From: an uncultured Rubripirellula sp.
Lineage (GTDB): Bacteria; Planctomycetota; Planctomycetia; Pirellulales; Pirellulaceae
DNA length: 64,000 nucleotides
Direction: 5' to 3'
Assembly: GCA_938085445.1 (NCBI GenBank)
Contig: CALKGR010000002.1
Span: 32,001 to 96,000 of the forward strand
Shown here in pieces: positions 29,253 through 40,090 of the stretch (the stretch's first letter is position 1; the number at the start of each line of letters is the position of its first letter). Below the pieces are notes generated by a model, which worked only from the letters and a program-made list of their open reading frames with translations, was not told the origin of the DNA and searched no databases. The translations under genes and the position numbers were made by a program.

Positions 29253-30929
29253 TTACTTGATCCGTTCTGCGATGCATTCACCTAAAAAGAGAATTCCTTC
29301 CGTGTCCAGAACCAACTGCTTATCCTGAACGGGGAAATTAGTAATGAAATTCAGATCGGTATTCTCATCAGCATTACATACCTCAGCGATCGCTTTCCGC
29401 ACATCGATATCGTCAACACGCTCATTCCGGGTTGGCGGTTGTTGACTCACATACCACGCGAGCCCAGGGCGTTTCAAGTCCACACGACTCTGCGTGATGA
29501 GTTCCTTAAGCCATCCTGCGGCATCACGCCGATACGGAGGCATGGACATATCGTTCTCGCCTACATGATAAAGAATTCCAGCCAACTCAACCTCATTTCC
29601 CCTCTCCTCGAGTTCGCGGATTGACTCGTTCACAAATTCGATAAACTGTGTGTAGAGATTACGTGACTTGGCAATACTACCCTCAGGTGTCCAGTCATTC
29701 ATCTGCGAGCCACTATGAGTGAACTTCGCAATTGCAAAATCGTCCCGTCCCCTCGCCTGCATTGCCATTGCAAAGCTAACCTCAGGGCCAAACGTGTCAT
29801 ACAAACCTGCGGCACTAAGCGGTTCCCAGCCGTTTGAAACATGCTGACCACCGGCCACGTTGTACTTATACGCGATGCTCGCATCTGACTTTAAAAACTC
29901 CGGATGCCGAGCCACTAAATCCTGTACGAACGCTCGTTCACCCTCCATGTTCCGATGACCCGCTAGCACATACAACTTGATCTTTGACTTGCTTGCATAT
30001 GGCCAGACCCGCAACCGCCGATCAATGTCTTTCTGTTTACCAATGGTTTTTAAATAAGCATTGGCGTAATTGACACCGTGCTCCAATTGCCCGAGCGTTC
30101 CATAGTGGTAATGCAAACCCACACCTGATCCGATCTCCACTCCAACATGCGACGTAGGCACATATTCAGCCTTGGAATCACTTCCTACCGCAAATTTCTG
30201 CCCAACACTGATTGCATACATTCTGGGACGCAGGTCCATTCCCCAAATTGTCTTGGTGCACAGTTCCCCGACATAGAACTTAAGATCCGGCAAGCCCAAG
30301 TCCCGCCGCCAGCACGCAAAGAACCGCTTCAGATTTTTTCCATATGCAGCCATGTAGTTCTCATTGAACATATCATTCTCGCCCTGATGCCACATGAAAC
30401 CCTCAACCCGATATTTGACTCCGGCATCCGTCAATTGTTTCAATGAATCACGCACCAATTCAAGCGCCAGCGGATACATTTTGAACCCCTCTGGTGAATC
30501 TGGATTCCAGTCTCCACCCAGATGCGTTCCCCCAGCAGCGCATTTGATGACCGCAATGGGTGCATCAATCTGATCAGTAATCAATCTTGCGAAACTGAGC
30601 TCCGGCCCGACCACATCATTGACTGGCGCCAGTGCATCCCATCCATCGGACCGAAACTTGTTCTCCCGGCCAATGCAATATGAAAATTTAACATCGGTCT
30701 GTGGCTGGCCGTAGCCCCGAAAGGGAGGGAAGCGTTCAACATCCGACACATTGGAGTCTGACCCCACCATATTAGACTGACCAGCAAAGATGAACACTCG
30801 CGTGACCGCTTCCTCATCACTCTGTTCCTGACCATCATCTGCATCGACGCGTTGCAGACCCAACAGCGATACGACAAGAAAAAAGGGAATCGCTTTCGCA
30901 TAGCACGCTACAGGAACGGGTTGAAACAT
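29253..30929 (-). CDS. Secreted tandem SASA/CE6-like SGNH acetylesterase
   Basis: FIFAGQSNM, GPELSF, WHQGEND in domain 1; LAGHRNM, FGPEVSF, YHVGEND in domain 2. Confidence 0.85.
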   Translation of the reverse strand: MFQPVPVACYAKAIPFFLVVSLLGLQRVDADDGQEQSDEEAVTRVFIFAGQSNMVGSDSNVSDVERFPPFRGYGQPQTDVKFSYCIGRENKFRSDGWDALAPVNDVVGPELSFARLITDQIDAPIAVIKCAAGGTHLGGDWNPDSPEGFKMYPLALELVRDSLKQLTDAGVKYRVEGFMWHQGENDMFNENYMAAYGKNLKRFFACWRRDLGLPDLKFYVGELCTKTIWGMDLRPRMYAISVGQKFAVGSDSKAEYVPTSHVGVEIGSGVGLHYHYGTLGQLEHGVNYANAYLKTIGKQKDIDRRLRVWPYASKSKIKLYVLAGHRNMEGERAFVQDLVARHPEFLKSDASIAYKYNVAGGQHVSNGWEPLSAAGLYDTFGPEVSFAMAMQARGRDDFAIAKFTHSGSQMNDWTPEGSIAKSRNLYTQFIEFVNESIRELEERGNEVELAGILYHVGENDMSMPPYRRDAAGWLKELITQSRVDLKRPGLAWYVSQQPPTRNERVDDIDVRKAIAEVCNADENTDLNFITNFPVQDKQLVLDTEGILFLGECIAERIK

Positions 30930-31100
30930 GAGTCATGCACCATGACGAAGAGTGAAAACAAAACAACCACCGCACGCGTCCACCTGATCACCACAACGCC
31001 CAGGGCATCCTCCCCGAAGCGAGGACACCCAGATACGGTACCACCAGTCAACACAGCAGGGTGCAGACCACCATCATGTCAACCATAGAGCCGCCGCGTT

Positions 31101-31122
31101 AGTGAGCGACCTCACGCTCACT
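31101..31122 (-). terminator. Hairpin overlapping the stop of the haem-binding gene
   Basis: Perfect 8-bp inverted repeat AGTGAGCG-acctca-CGCTCACT; no clear U tract. Confidence 0.4.
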
Positions 31123-33745
31123 TCGCAAAATACCGGTGAGACGCATCGCCACCGCTCAACAGGTAAGCAACCAGATCAAGCACTTCATTCTGCGTCATGG
31201 GGTTCAGCAAACCGGATGGCATGGCTGAAACTTCCGAGACCTCAAGCAGATCGATTTCCTTGCGGTCGATCCCAACTCGTTTATTGGGGTCCGTCAGATC
31301 GGTATTCAAAGTCATGCTGTCACCATTCAGATTGACAACCACCCCGGTGTGAACTGCACCATCAAGCGTCAACACTTTGACAGCGGAGAACTGCTCATTA
31401 ATCACTTTGCTCGGATTAACGACCTGGTCCAGCAAATCATGCGGCGAATAACGCCGCCCTGCGGAAGTCAAATCAGGCCCAGTCATTCCACCCTGTGTTC
31501 CAAATCTGTGACATGCGTAACATCCCGACGCGGCAAACATTTTTTTTCCGTTTGTAAAATCACGTTTCACAAGACCTGTCTTGGCCGATTTGGAAAGCTC
31601 GTCCAGCGTCCACTCGGTCGGAGTTCGCCCTACGAACACCTCACCGAGATTCTCCAAAGCAGATTTTACAACAGGCTTTCGGGCCAACAGCTCAGACATC
31701 TGCTGTTTTTGTTCATCAGAAAGCGATGCAACCGCATCATCACGAATGAACTGAATGAACTTCGCGAAACTAGCTCCGCCTCGGTAGTTTGCCGCCTTCA
31801 GGAACCACTTGAAATAGGCATTTTGCAGATCAGGCGTCCACCCTTCTTTCAGCATGCGAATCGAGCGTGCGTACTGCATTTGCTCTTCCTGCGTCGGCGC
31901 GTTGGCGATCAATTCCATTGCCACTGGGGCAACTGCGGACGACTGCAGATAGGCAAGGGTCTCGCACAGCAACCAGTTCGACTCAGCGGACTTAGCGGGA
32001 AACAGCGGTTCCAATCGTCCACATAACTGGTCAACCGCGTCGGCATCCGGCATACCAAATCGATTCAAGATTATTTGCACACCGCGGACCATCGTCTGCT
32101 GTTGTTGTTCCGTCAATTTTGATGGATCGATGTTAATCATCGCGGACAACATCTCATCGCGCAATTCAGTGTCAACCTCAACTGTCTTGCCTTTCCTGTG
32201 CTGAGGACAAACCCCTGCAGCGCGGGACAGGGCAAGTAGAGCAACCACCTGCTTGGCAGGGTTGGATTCGTTCAACGCTTTGCTTTGCCACCGTTCAAGC
32301 GGTTGATGCTCAAGTACGGTTCGTGCAGCAAACCGAACAAACCGATCTTCGTGATCGAGGTATTTCCATGCAAAGTCAACTCCAGCTGGATCAGGATTCC
32401 CATGAAACTGCTCTAGTTCATGACGCAAATCACGTAGTGCGTTTTCAGTCGCACCGTTGATCGCTGGCTTGGTGGACTCGTCTCCGACATAGGTGACGCG
32501 GTATAGTCCTGACTGTACGCGACGGCCACCAATGGTGAAATACATCGCTCCATCACCGGGATGAATAATCGCGTCGGTAATGGGCAGCGGCGCGCCTGTA
32601 ACGAATTCCTCTTTTGTTGCTTTGTAAGTGGAGCCATCCTCTTCAAGATGCACCGCGTACAATTTGCCCCAACTCCAATCAAGGGCGTACAAGGCGTTCT
32701 GATATTTGGCAGGGAATTTTGCACCGTACCCGAATGTGACTCCAGTCGGCGATCCAGGACCGATATCGAGTGTTGGTGGCAGGTTGTCGGCGTAGAAAGG
32801 CATCCTTTTTCCAGCACCATTTCGCCAGCCAAACTCGGCACCACTGACCACATGACAAATGCGTGTTGGTCGATACCACGGGGTGTTAAAGTCATATTCC
32901 ATGTCGGCGTCGTAAGTGAAGAGTTCACCGTCCACGTTGACAGCCGCGTCAAAAATGTTCCGAAATCCGGAAGCGTAGGCTTCAAACTTCTTACCGTTTT
33001 CCGTTACCCGGTAGACAATTCCACCAGGAGCCAGAACACCGCGGTTATGGCCTCGACCATCCGGCATGCTCGGCAACAAATGATCCTCACCCCAGATCTG
33101 TGCGACCTGGGACGTCTCGGCCAATTCGGGTGGTAGGGTGTTGTTGCCGGTGATCATGAAAAAACCTTCGCCGTCCGGCGTTGGAACAAGTGCATGCACC
33201 CCGTGATCACTTTTGGAACTGACCTCGCGTAACGTTTCAACCTTATCAAGTTGATCGTCACCGTTGCTGTCAGATATCCGATAAAGACCCGACGGCATCT
33301 TGCGTTCATAATCGTTAACCCCAACGTACAGAGCGCCGTCGGACCAAACCATTCCATTAACCGCTCGAATCGCGGCAGGCACCTTCTCGATACTCGCTGC
33401 CTCAACCGGCTGCCCCGCTGCCGGCGGTGTTATGCGATACAAACCGCCAAACTGATCACTCACCAGCAAGCGTCCCTTATCATCGGTGCACAGATTCACC
33501 CATGAACCTTGCTCGGTACCCGGAACCGAATAAAGCAGCTCAACCTTGAAGCCCTTGGCTGCCTTGATCAAGTCAACGGGCGTGGCTGTGTTACCACCGA
33601 CTGCCGGCCCAACCGACTTGGCCTTGCCTTTAGGACGTTTGGCTTTCTTTTTGTCCTGAGCAGTTGTTATCGAACTTGTCAGGCACAAAGAAAGAATCAA
33701 CAGAAACTTGAACAAATACTTTTCGCGATTCGCTTCGGTCAACAT
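31118..33745 (-). CDS. PVC-type haem-binding protein (beta-propeller dehydrogenase-like + HEAT + cytochrome c)
   Basis: GFKVELLY, GFRNIFD, GPGSPTG, HEAT-like DRFVRFAARTVLE, CYACH..GPDLT, SAMPSGL..EVLDLVAYL. Confidence 0.88.
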   Translation of the reverse strand: MLTEANREKYLFKFLLILSLCLTSSITTAQDKKKAKRPKGKAKSVGPAVGGNTATPVDLIKAAKGFKVELLYSVPGTEQGSWVNLCTDDKGRLLVSDQFGGLYRITPPAAGQPVEAASIEKVPAAIRAVNGMVWSDGALYVGVNDYERKMPSGLYRISDSNGDDQLDKVETLREVSSKSDHGVHALVPTPDGEGFFMITGNNTLPPELAETSQVAQIWGEDHLLPSMPDGRGHNRGVLAPGGIVYRVTENGKKFEAYASGFRNIFDAAVNVDGELFTYDADMEYDFNTPWYRPTRICHVVSGAEFGWRNGAGKRMPFYADNLPPTLDIGPGSPTGVTFGYGAKFPAKYQNALYALDWSWGKLYAVHLEEDGSTYKATKEEFVTGAPLPITDAIIHPGDGAMYFTIGGRRVQSGLYRVTYVGDESTKPAINGATENALRDLRHELEQFHGNPDPAGVDFAWKYLDHEDRFVRFAARTVLEHQPLERWQSKALNESNPAKQVVALLALSRAAGVCPQHRKGKTVEVDTELRDEMLSAMINIDPSKLTEQQQQTMVRGVQIILNRFGMPDADAVDQLCGRLEPLFPAKSAESNWLLCETLAYLQSSAVAPVAMELIANAPTQEEQMQYARSIRMLKEGWTPDLQNAYFKWFLKAANYRGGASFAKFIQFIRDDAVASLSDEQKQQMSELLARKPVVKSALENLGEVFVGRTPTEWTLDELSKSAKTGLVKRDFTNGKKMFAASGCYACHRFGTQGGMTGPDLTSAGRRYSPHDLLDQVVNPSKVINEQFSAVKVLTLDGAVHTGVVVNLNGDSMTLNTDLTDPNKRVGIDRKEIDLLEVSEVSAMPSGLLNPMTQNEVLDLVAYLLSGGDASHRYFAK

Positions 33746-34828
33746 GCTTGTTCCGTAGAGGGGATTCGAAAGAAAAAAATGATGGCAGATTCACGGGCAA
33801 TGGGTGGTCTGCCGGGTCAGCGGTAAAATGGGTTGGAGCGGTCGAGGGGAGGGAAGATGGCATCTCACATCAAGTACGTCTACAGCATGCGAGTCGCCAC
33901 AATACAAGCCCGACACGCTCCGCCCGTATATGCAGTTCGTCTTGCAAACCCGAGACTTCGGCTCTCGTGAGCGACCAACCCGTGTTTCCTATTGTTCTAC
34001 TGCCTCAGTGAGCCGTCCTGCCTTGGTGAGTGGCACTCCTTAGGTGAGCGACCGCCATCACGAGGCAAGTGCATCATGTAAGCGTCCGCTAACTGTTGAA
34101 TTCAACAGAAATTTCGACAAATGGTGCGTATTTCAGCGTGAACATGAAAAACCTGTAACGCTTCGTACTGCCACCTAGCCAGACGACGTCAACGACCCTG
34201 CTATCTGCTCCTTAGTATAAACGAAATACACCAATCGAGCGACAATATCTGTCACCTGGAATCCCAACACCCGCCGCTCCCTCAGACCTGCATTCTAAGA
34301 GCCTTCAAAACAGGCACCTCGCTCGCCTCGAGGACCGCCAATCACACTCATGAGCCAACGGCAAAATGGAAAACTCACCAGATACAGTGGTAGTTTTGCC
34401 ATTTAACAAGCCAATTTGCGGGGGATGTGCCGCCAATGAACCGATGGCGATACCACACATCCCTTGATGACGGAAAACCCAATTAACGTCGTTTCATCGA
34501 CCCGAAACTGCTTTTTTGGTGGAGAACTATGTTGGTTTTCGCTTAGTCGGCATCGTGCTGGCCCCACTCACCCTAGGCACCCTTCCGCCGAACATCCGCC
34601 TGAAATCAAGAACGCGTTGATCTGCGGACCGCACAACGCTTGCGTATACGGGCCAACCGCCGAATTTACGAGAGAGCGTCTTGAGCACTATTTTGCTTAA
34701 TGAGTTTCCGCACGAGCCCATAATCGTCATTCATGTTATTCTGGGCAGGTCGACGGGTGGCAGGGCTTGAACCACTCGCAACCTAGACCTACGAACGCAT
34801 TAAAAATCACTCCATTTGACTTAACATC

Positions 34829-36754
34829 ATGAGTACCCCCCGCCCCTTCAACGCAGCTTACTCTCGTTTCAACTTTCGCTTCATGGCAGCCGTGTCTTGC
34901 TGCATCCTCGCGGTGTGCAGCCCCAGTTTGCTGCCCGCACAAGTTGCTACCCCCCCCAGCTTGAAAGCCAAGCCAAATATTCTTTGGATCACCAGTGAAG
35001 ACAACGGCGTGTCATGGGTGAGCTGCTACGGGGGCACCAATGCAAAGACCCCCGCTATCGATCAGCTGGCGAAAGAGGGTTTTCGTTATTTGAATTGTTT
35101 TGATAACGCGGCTGTGTGCGCACCAACGCGATCGTGTTGGATCACGGGGATGTACGGCATTTCAAACGGTACACAACCGATGCGAAGCAGAAACATGATC
35201 CCGCATGACAAGATCAGTTATTACCCGGACTTACTCAAAAAAGCCGGTTATCACACCTCCAACCCGAGCAAGACCGACTACAACATCGGCGGTCGCGACG
35301 ATAAAGAGTGCTGGGACTATAAGGGCGGGAAAAACAAATCCCAGTACGGTTGGCGGTATCGCAACGAGAATCAGCCATTCTTTGCAGTGGTTAACATCGG
35401 CGACAGCCATGAAAGCCGCGCGCACGGAGAAGGCGGAAAACTGCGCAATGACCCAGCGAAAATGAAACTGTTTTCGTACCATCCCGACTTACCCGCCATC
35501 CGCCGGAACTATGCCAAGTATGCGGATGCAGTGGAAAACATGGACAGAAAGGTTCAAGCCACCATTGACGCCTTGAAAAAGGACGGCCTGTATGATGAAA
35601 CCATCATCGTCTACAACTCGGACCACGGCGGGGTAATGGCTCGAAGCAAGCGTTTTCTTTACTCCAGCGGCGTGCACTGCCCTTTGATAATTCGCATTCC
35701 CGAAAAGTACAAACATCTTTACCCTGCCGACCAACCTGGCGACACAGTCTCTCGTATCGTCAGTTTTGTCGACATGCCCAAAACATGGCTGAGTCTCGCT
35801 GGAGCGAGTATTCCCGACACCTATCAGGGCACTATTTTTATGGGATCGGGCTCAGAGGCGGCCCCACAGTACCACCTTGGTTTCCGCGAACGAGCCGACG
35901 AGCGACTCGATCACGTTCGTTTGATGCGAGACGCACGGTTCGCCTATCACAAGAATTACATGCCCTACGCTCCCGCTGGGCAACATTTGGCCTACTTATG
36001 GAAAGCGCCACTTACCCCCGCATGGGAAAAGCACCACCGCGATGGAAAAACCAACGCCGTCACTGGCCGCTTCTTTGAGCCCCGAGTGTCAGAAGAATTT
36101 TACGATAACGCAACCGACTTCGACAACGTCAACAACCTCATCGACGACCCCAACCATCAACACAGAGTTCAGCAACTAAAGGCCGCCCTACGTAGCCAAC
36201 AACTTCAACTGCGAGACTCAGGTCTGCTACCGGAGAAAATGAGGGAACGCCGCGCAGCAGCTAACGGCATTACCATCTATGAAATGGTGCGCAACGATGA
36301 CCTTTATCCACTCGAGCAATATCTTGATGCTGCCGACATGGCACTCACCCGTGACCCCGAAAACCTGAATCAGTTTGTCAAATGGATGAGCAATGCTGAC
36401 GAAGGCATGCGTTGGTGGGGAATCGTTGGCCTCCACCTACTTGGTGAAAAAGGTGCAAAGGCCCAACCGGTTCTTCAAAAGGCTCTCACTGACGAAACCG
36501 ATGAAGTGAAAATCATGGCAGCATGGGCTCTTGTCAATCTTGGTAATTCAAAAGCCGCATTGGCCACACTCGAGTCAATGTTGTTTCGGGCTCCATCGTC
36601 CAGCAACAACACCACCTTGCTGCACAACGTTCTGGACTGGATGGGTGAGCCAGCCTTGCCCCTCGTCAAGCAGTACATCGATCGGGGTGGAAACCGGCAA
36701 GGAAAGTATGGCATCGGAATACTCGGGCGTATCGCACAGTTGAATGGCTGGTAA
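34829..36754 (+). CDS. S1 sulfatase with C-terminal HEAT repeats
   Basis: PNILWITSED, CAPTR, SDHG; C-terminal ALTDETDEVKIMAAWAL HEAT-like repeats. Confidence 0.9.
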   Translation: MSTPRPFNAAYSRFNFRFMAAVSCCILAVCSPSLLPAQVATPPSLKAKPNILWITSEDNGVSWVSCYGGTNAKTPAIDQLAKEGFRYLNCFDNAAVCAPTRSCWITGMYGISNGTQPMRSRNMIPHDKISYYPDLLKKAGYHTSNPSKTDYNIGGRDDKECWDYKGGKNKSQYGWRYRNENQPFFAVVNIGDSHESRAHGEGGKLRNDPAKMKLFSYHPDLPAIRRNYAKYADAVENMDRKVQATIDALKKDGLYDETIIVYNSDHGGVMARSKRFLYSSGVHCPLIIRIPEKYKHLYPADQPGDTVSRIVSFVDMPKTWLSLAGASIPDTYQGTIFMGSGSEAAPQYHLGFRERADERLDHVRLMRDARFAYHKNYMPYAPAGQHLAYLWKAPLTPAWEKHHRDGKTNAVTGRFFEPRVSEEFYDNATDFDNVNNLIDDPNHQHRVQQLKAALRSQQLQLRDSGLLPEKMRERRAAANGITIYEMVRNDDLYPLEQYLDAADMALTRDPENLNQFVKWMSNADEGMRWWGIVGLHLLGEKGAKAQPVLQKALTDETDEVKIMAAWALVNLGNSKAALATLESMLFRAPSSSNNTTLLHNVLDWMGEPALPLVKQYIDRGGNRQGKYGIGILGRIAQLNGW

Positions 36755-37036
36755 GTATCTTGTGATGCACAATGGCTGCGTCAAGCAATTGTCACCCGCA
36801 AAGCAACGGTACGGCTCGAAAGCCCAATGGCGTGCAAACCCACCAGATTACCTGCACACGCCACCCGTTGGGTGAACATGTGGATGGGCAAAGGCTGAAA
36901 GTGCCACCAAGAAGTACCAAACCGGTGATTACCGGCTGAACACTCTGCTTTGAAACCCAAGTGGCTCGCTACCCAGAAACCTAGTGAATCGCCACCGACC
37001 CGAGCAGCTCCACGCCAGATGTCCTCCGGACCACCC

Positions 37037-40000
37037 TCACCCAGCTTCGTGGGACAGCCCCTCCGAAATATGCTTTGTCACCGCCAAGGGATCACCCACG
37101 AAGGTGCGATGGGGAATGCGCGTGACCGCCCAGCCTGCTCTGGCGAGTCTCAACTGCTCCTCCAATTGCACCCACGAATCCGCGGGTGTCGACTTATGAG
37201 CGTCATACATCACCGCCAGCCTTGAGTCATTACATCCCGCGATCAAAGGCACGCGGGTCCCCGTTGCATCGAAGTCGGTCCACACCTGCATCCCTGATTT
37301 CTTGAGTGTTTCCTCGAGGTCACGCTCCAGTGGACTACAACTCCGCTCGTCCTTAAAGACGCTCTTAGCTGGGTTGTTCGCATACACCAAGAAATCTTTT
37401 AATAGACCTTTGGATAGGTCAGCCGCTTTGACTGATGTCACCACCACCAGCAGTTTCCGGGCGCGGGTGATGGCAACGTTGAACAGATTCGGCGTTTCAA
37501 GGAACTGCAAAGAACCCCGATGTGAACCTTTATCAATGGACGTGGTCATGATGACGACATCCTTCTCATCACCTTGCAAGGCGTGGGCTGTTCCCACAGT
37601 CATGCCATGTCGCAGAATCACGTCAGAGCTGAAAGACTCGATCAACCGCCGTTGAATTTCATCGGCGTGGTCTCGAAAAGGGCTGACGACGCCAATCGAC
37701 AGCGGTTTACTGACTCCTTGTGACTCTACAAACCGAACTACCTGCTGCACCGTTTCCTCGACCTCTGCCAAATTGACGCTGCTATCGACTTCCCGCCCCC
37801 CTGCTACCTCACGCAATTCAATCGACGACTCTGACTTTCCCGGGCGCCCCGTCATGATTTTCAGGTCACCATCATAAAACTTCTCATTGGAAAAGTTGAT
37901 GATGTGTGGGTGTGACCGAAAGTGTTCGTCCAGCAGATAGAAATGCTGTTGCTCTACGGCGTCCGCGGCAACATCAAACAGACTACGCCGAAAGTGAAAT
38001 CTACGTTGCTCTGATTCATCCAATGCATTCTTAACGCAGTATGCCTTTTCTCGAGTACGACTGAGAAAACAAACATGACGTAGCTGATTTGGATCACCGA
38101 CAACCACCGCCCGTTTCCCACGCATCAGCGCCACTCCGGCCAAAGCCAGATCACATTGCGACGCCTCATCAATCACAACCACATCAAATAACCCAGGATT
38201 TGCCGGCAGCACCTCACAGAGCGCTCGATTAGTTGAAGCCCAAGCGGGAAAAGCATCCGTCAGCAGCCCGTGATCCATTTCACGCTTCAATTCAGATTTA
38301 AGCTTACGATCACGCCGACGCAACAACTTGCTTAAATTTCTAAGGTCAGTACGGTTCTTTTGGTTATCGATCAACTTCTTTAGACGACGTTCCCGCATCA
38401 TCCGCAGTAGATCCAGCGCACACTTGTGTCGCTGCTGTTTGAGTTCAAGAATTTGCCCCCAGACAAGATCCACAACAAAGGGGTGTTTCAACCGTCGTTC
38501 AACACCCTGCAACTCGTGACGCAGCGTATAAAAGTCGAGCATCAATCGGATATCAGAATCAGAAACATCCTCCTCAACATTCGGAATTTCGAGAATCTTT
38601 TTTACACGTGCACGATTCCACAGTCCCCACCACCTTGTGAGAAATTTCTTACCCGCTTCATCGTAGCGTTGATATCGCTCGAAAAGTCTCTTCACCTTCC
38701 TCAGTTTTTTTTCTGGCAGCACTCGCGATTCAAAGGGCAATAATGGCTCACTTCGCACGCAATCTTCATGAAGCTTACTCCAACGCTCCTCAGCACGGAT
38801 TGCTTTCTCAAATCCATCTGCGAGCCCTTGGCTCTGACGAGTAAGTTCGAAGTGTGACTCAGCACACTCCTGAATGGTCCCCTGGCTTGAATAACCTAGA
38901 TTGTTCTTCGGGCCGGTGAGCTTCGAAATTTTGGCAGCAAGCTCCCGCTGCGTTTTACGGCCACCTGACCGGGCAACTGACAAAGGCCCTGCTCGGTTTT
39001 CCACATGCTTCGCAACCACCTCGACCGCCTTGTCCATCTGCGATGCAAGCAATACCGTCTGACCGTTAAGCATCGCATCAAGCATGATCGCCGCAATCGT
39101 ATAGGACTTGCCGGTCCCCGGAGGCCCGGTGACAACCGTCAAAGGCGCCGACCGCGCACTCTCAACAATAGCACCCTGCGCGGGTGTCAGCGGCAAGGGG
39201 CGCACTTCATCAGGATATTTGCGTTCGTGAGAGTCAATCGTCCACGATGCCGCTGACTCCGGATCAAACACGCAACCGAACGCCGTCTGACTCAGGTCCA
39301 TCTCCTGCATCATTCGCAACTCATTCAACGCGGACATCGCGTGACCCGTTTTCTTCCCTAGAACAATTGCTGTCGCCGGCAGAACTCTGAAGAAATCGTC
39401 TTTAGCTACTTGAGGCAGAAAAAAGTCAATCAGCTCCGTTTCGCAGCCACGTTCAATATCTGACTCATCCAAACCACCTGAAATTTTTCGAATCCGATCT
39501 GATTGATTTCGTCGGGCAGCGGGCAACTCATGCATCAGGGGCAGTTCCGGCGCAATCGCTTGAAATCGTTCCCAAAAAGTCTCGATTTCATTGTCATCAA
39601 TTGGGAAATCTGGAACGCGTTCGGAAAGATCTGCTAAACGATCCTGCAGGTCATCATCCTCACCCTGAAAAATCTCAGCCAACAAGCTGTGATTGACAGT
39701 GAAATCTGATCCACTTACCCGAACCTCAATTCCCCCTGCCTCCGCCTCGCTGATTTCTACTGGGACCTCAAGTATGGGCGCACACAATTGTTTGTATTTC
39801 CCCGATTCTTGTGCTGGCAGTCGCCCCACCAGAAACAGCGCCCCCAGGGTGAGCGAAAAATCACCGCTCATGAGCGCCGCCCGTTTGCCAAACTCTACCG
39901 CTTCATCATCTTGAAGTGCCAGGTTTCCATCAACATTCAGATCTTGCTGCTCACCTCCGCTAAGAGGCAAGATCGCCACGTCTTTCTGACCAAACACGTT

Positions 40001-40090
40001 AACGGACCCGGCCCAATCCGTCTGAGCTGCGAGACAATCATGAAAATAGCCAGCCAGTCGATGGTTCAGCGATGATGCTTCCTTAGCCAT
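37037..40090 (-). CDS. Superfamily 1 (Upf1/DNA2-like) helicase with C-terminal Vsr/MTES_1575-like domain
   Basis: GPPGTGKS, VVVIDEASQ, VVGDPNQL, EHFRS, QGDEKD, NVAITRAR; C-terminal SPLE..LAVMYDAH..LARAGWAVTRI. Confidence 0.88.
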   Translation of the reverse strand: MAKEASSLNHRLAGYFHDCLAAQTDWAGSVNVFGQKDVAILPLSGGEQQDLNVDGNLALQDDEAVEFGKRAALMSGDFSLTLGALFLVGRLPAQESGKYKQLCAPILEVPVEISEAEAGGIEVRVSGSDFTVNHSLLAEIFQGEDDDLQDRLADLSERVPDFPIDDNEIETFWERFQAIAPELPLMHELPAARRNQSDRIRKISGGLDESDIERGCETELIDFFLPQVAKDDFFRVLPATAIVLGKKTGHAMSALNELRMMQEMDLSQTAFGCVFDPESAASWTIDSHERKYPDEVRPLPLTPAQGAIVESARSAPLTVVTGPPGTGKSYTIAAIMLDAMLNGQTVLLASQMDKAVEVVAKHVENRAGPLSVARSGGRKTQRELAAKISKLTGPKNNLGYSSQGTIQECAESHFELTRQSQGLADGFEKAIRAEERWSKLHEDCVRSEPLLPFESRVLPEKKLRKVKRLFERYQRYDEAGKKFLTRWWGLWNRARVKKILEIPNVEEDVSDSDIRLMLDFYTLRHELQGVERRLKHPFVVDLVWGQILELKQQRHKCALDLLRMMRERRLKKLIDNQKNRTDLRNLSKLLRRRDRKLKSELKREMDHGLLTDAFPAWASTNRALCEVLPANPGLFDVVVIDEASQCDLALAGVALMRGKRAVVVGDPNQLRHVCFLSRTREKAYCVKNALDESEQRRFHFRRSLFDVAADAVEQQHFYLLDEHFRSHPHIINFSNEKFYDGDLKIMTGRPGKSESSIELREVAGGREVDSSVNLAEVEETVQQVVRFVESQGVSKPLSIGVVSPFRDHADEIQRRLIESFSSDVILRHGMTVGTAHALQGDEKDVVIMTTSIDKGSHRGSLQFLETPNLFNVAITRARKLLVVVTSVKAADLSKGLLKDFLVYANNPAKSVFKDERSCSPLERDLEETLKKSGMQVWTDFDATGTRVPLIAGCNDSRLAVMYDAHKSTPADSWVQLEEQLRLARAGWAVTRIPHRTFVGDPLAVTKHISEGLSHEAG

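Noticed and set aside
34464..34476. TTGATGA..GAAA resembling a hammerhead ribozyme core
   Set aside because: The core should be CUGANGA and there is no room for stem II.
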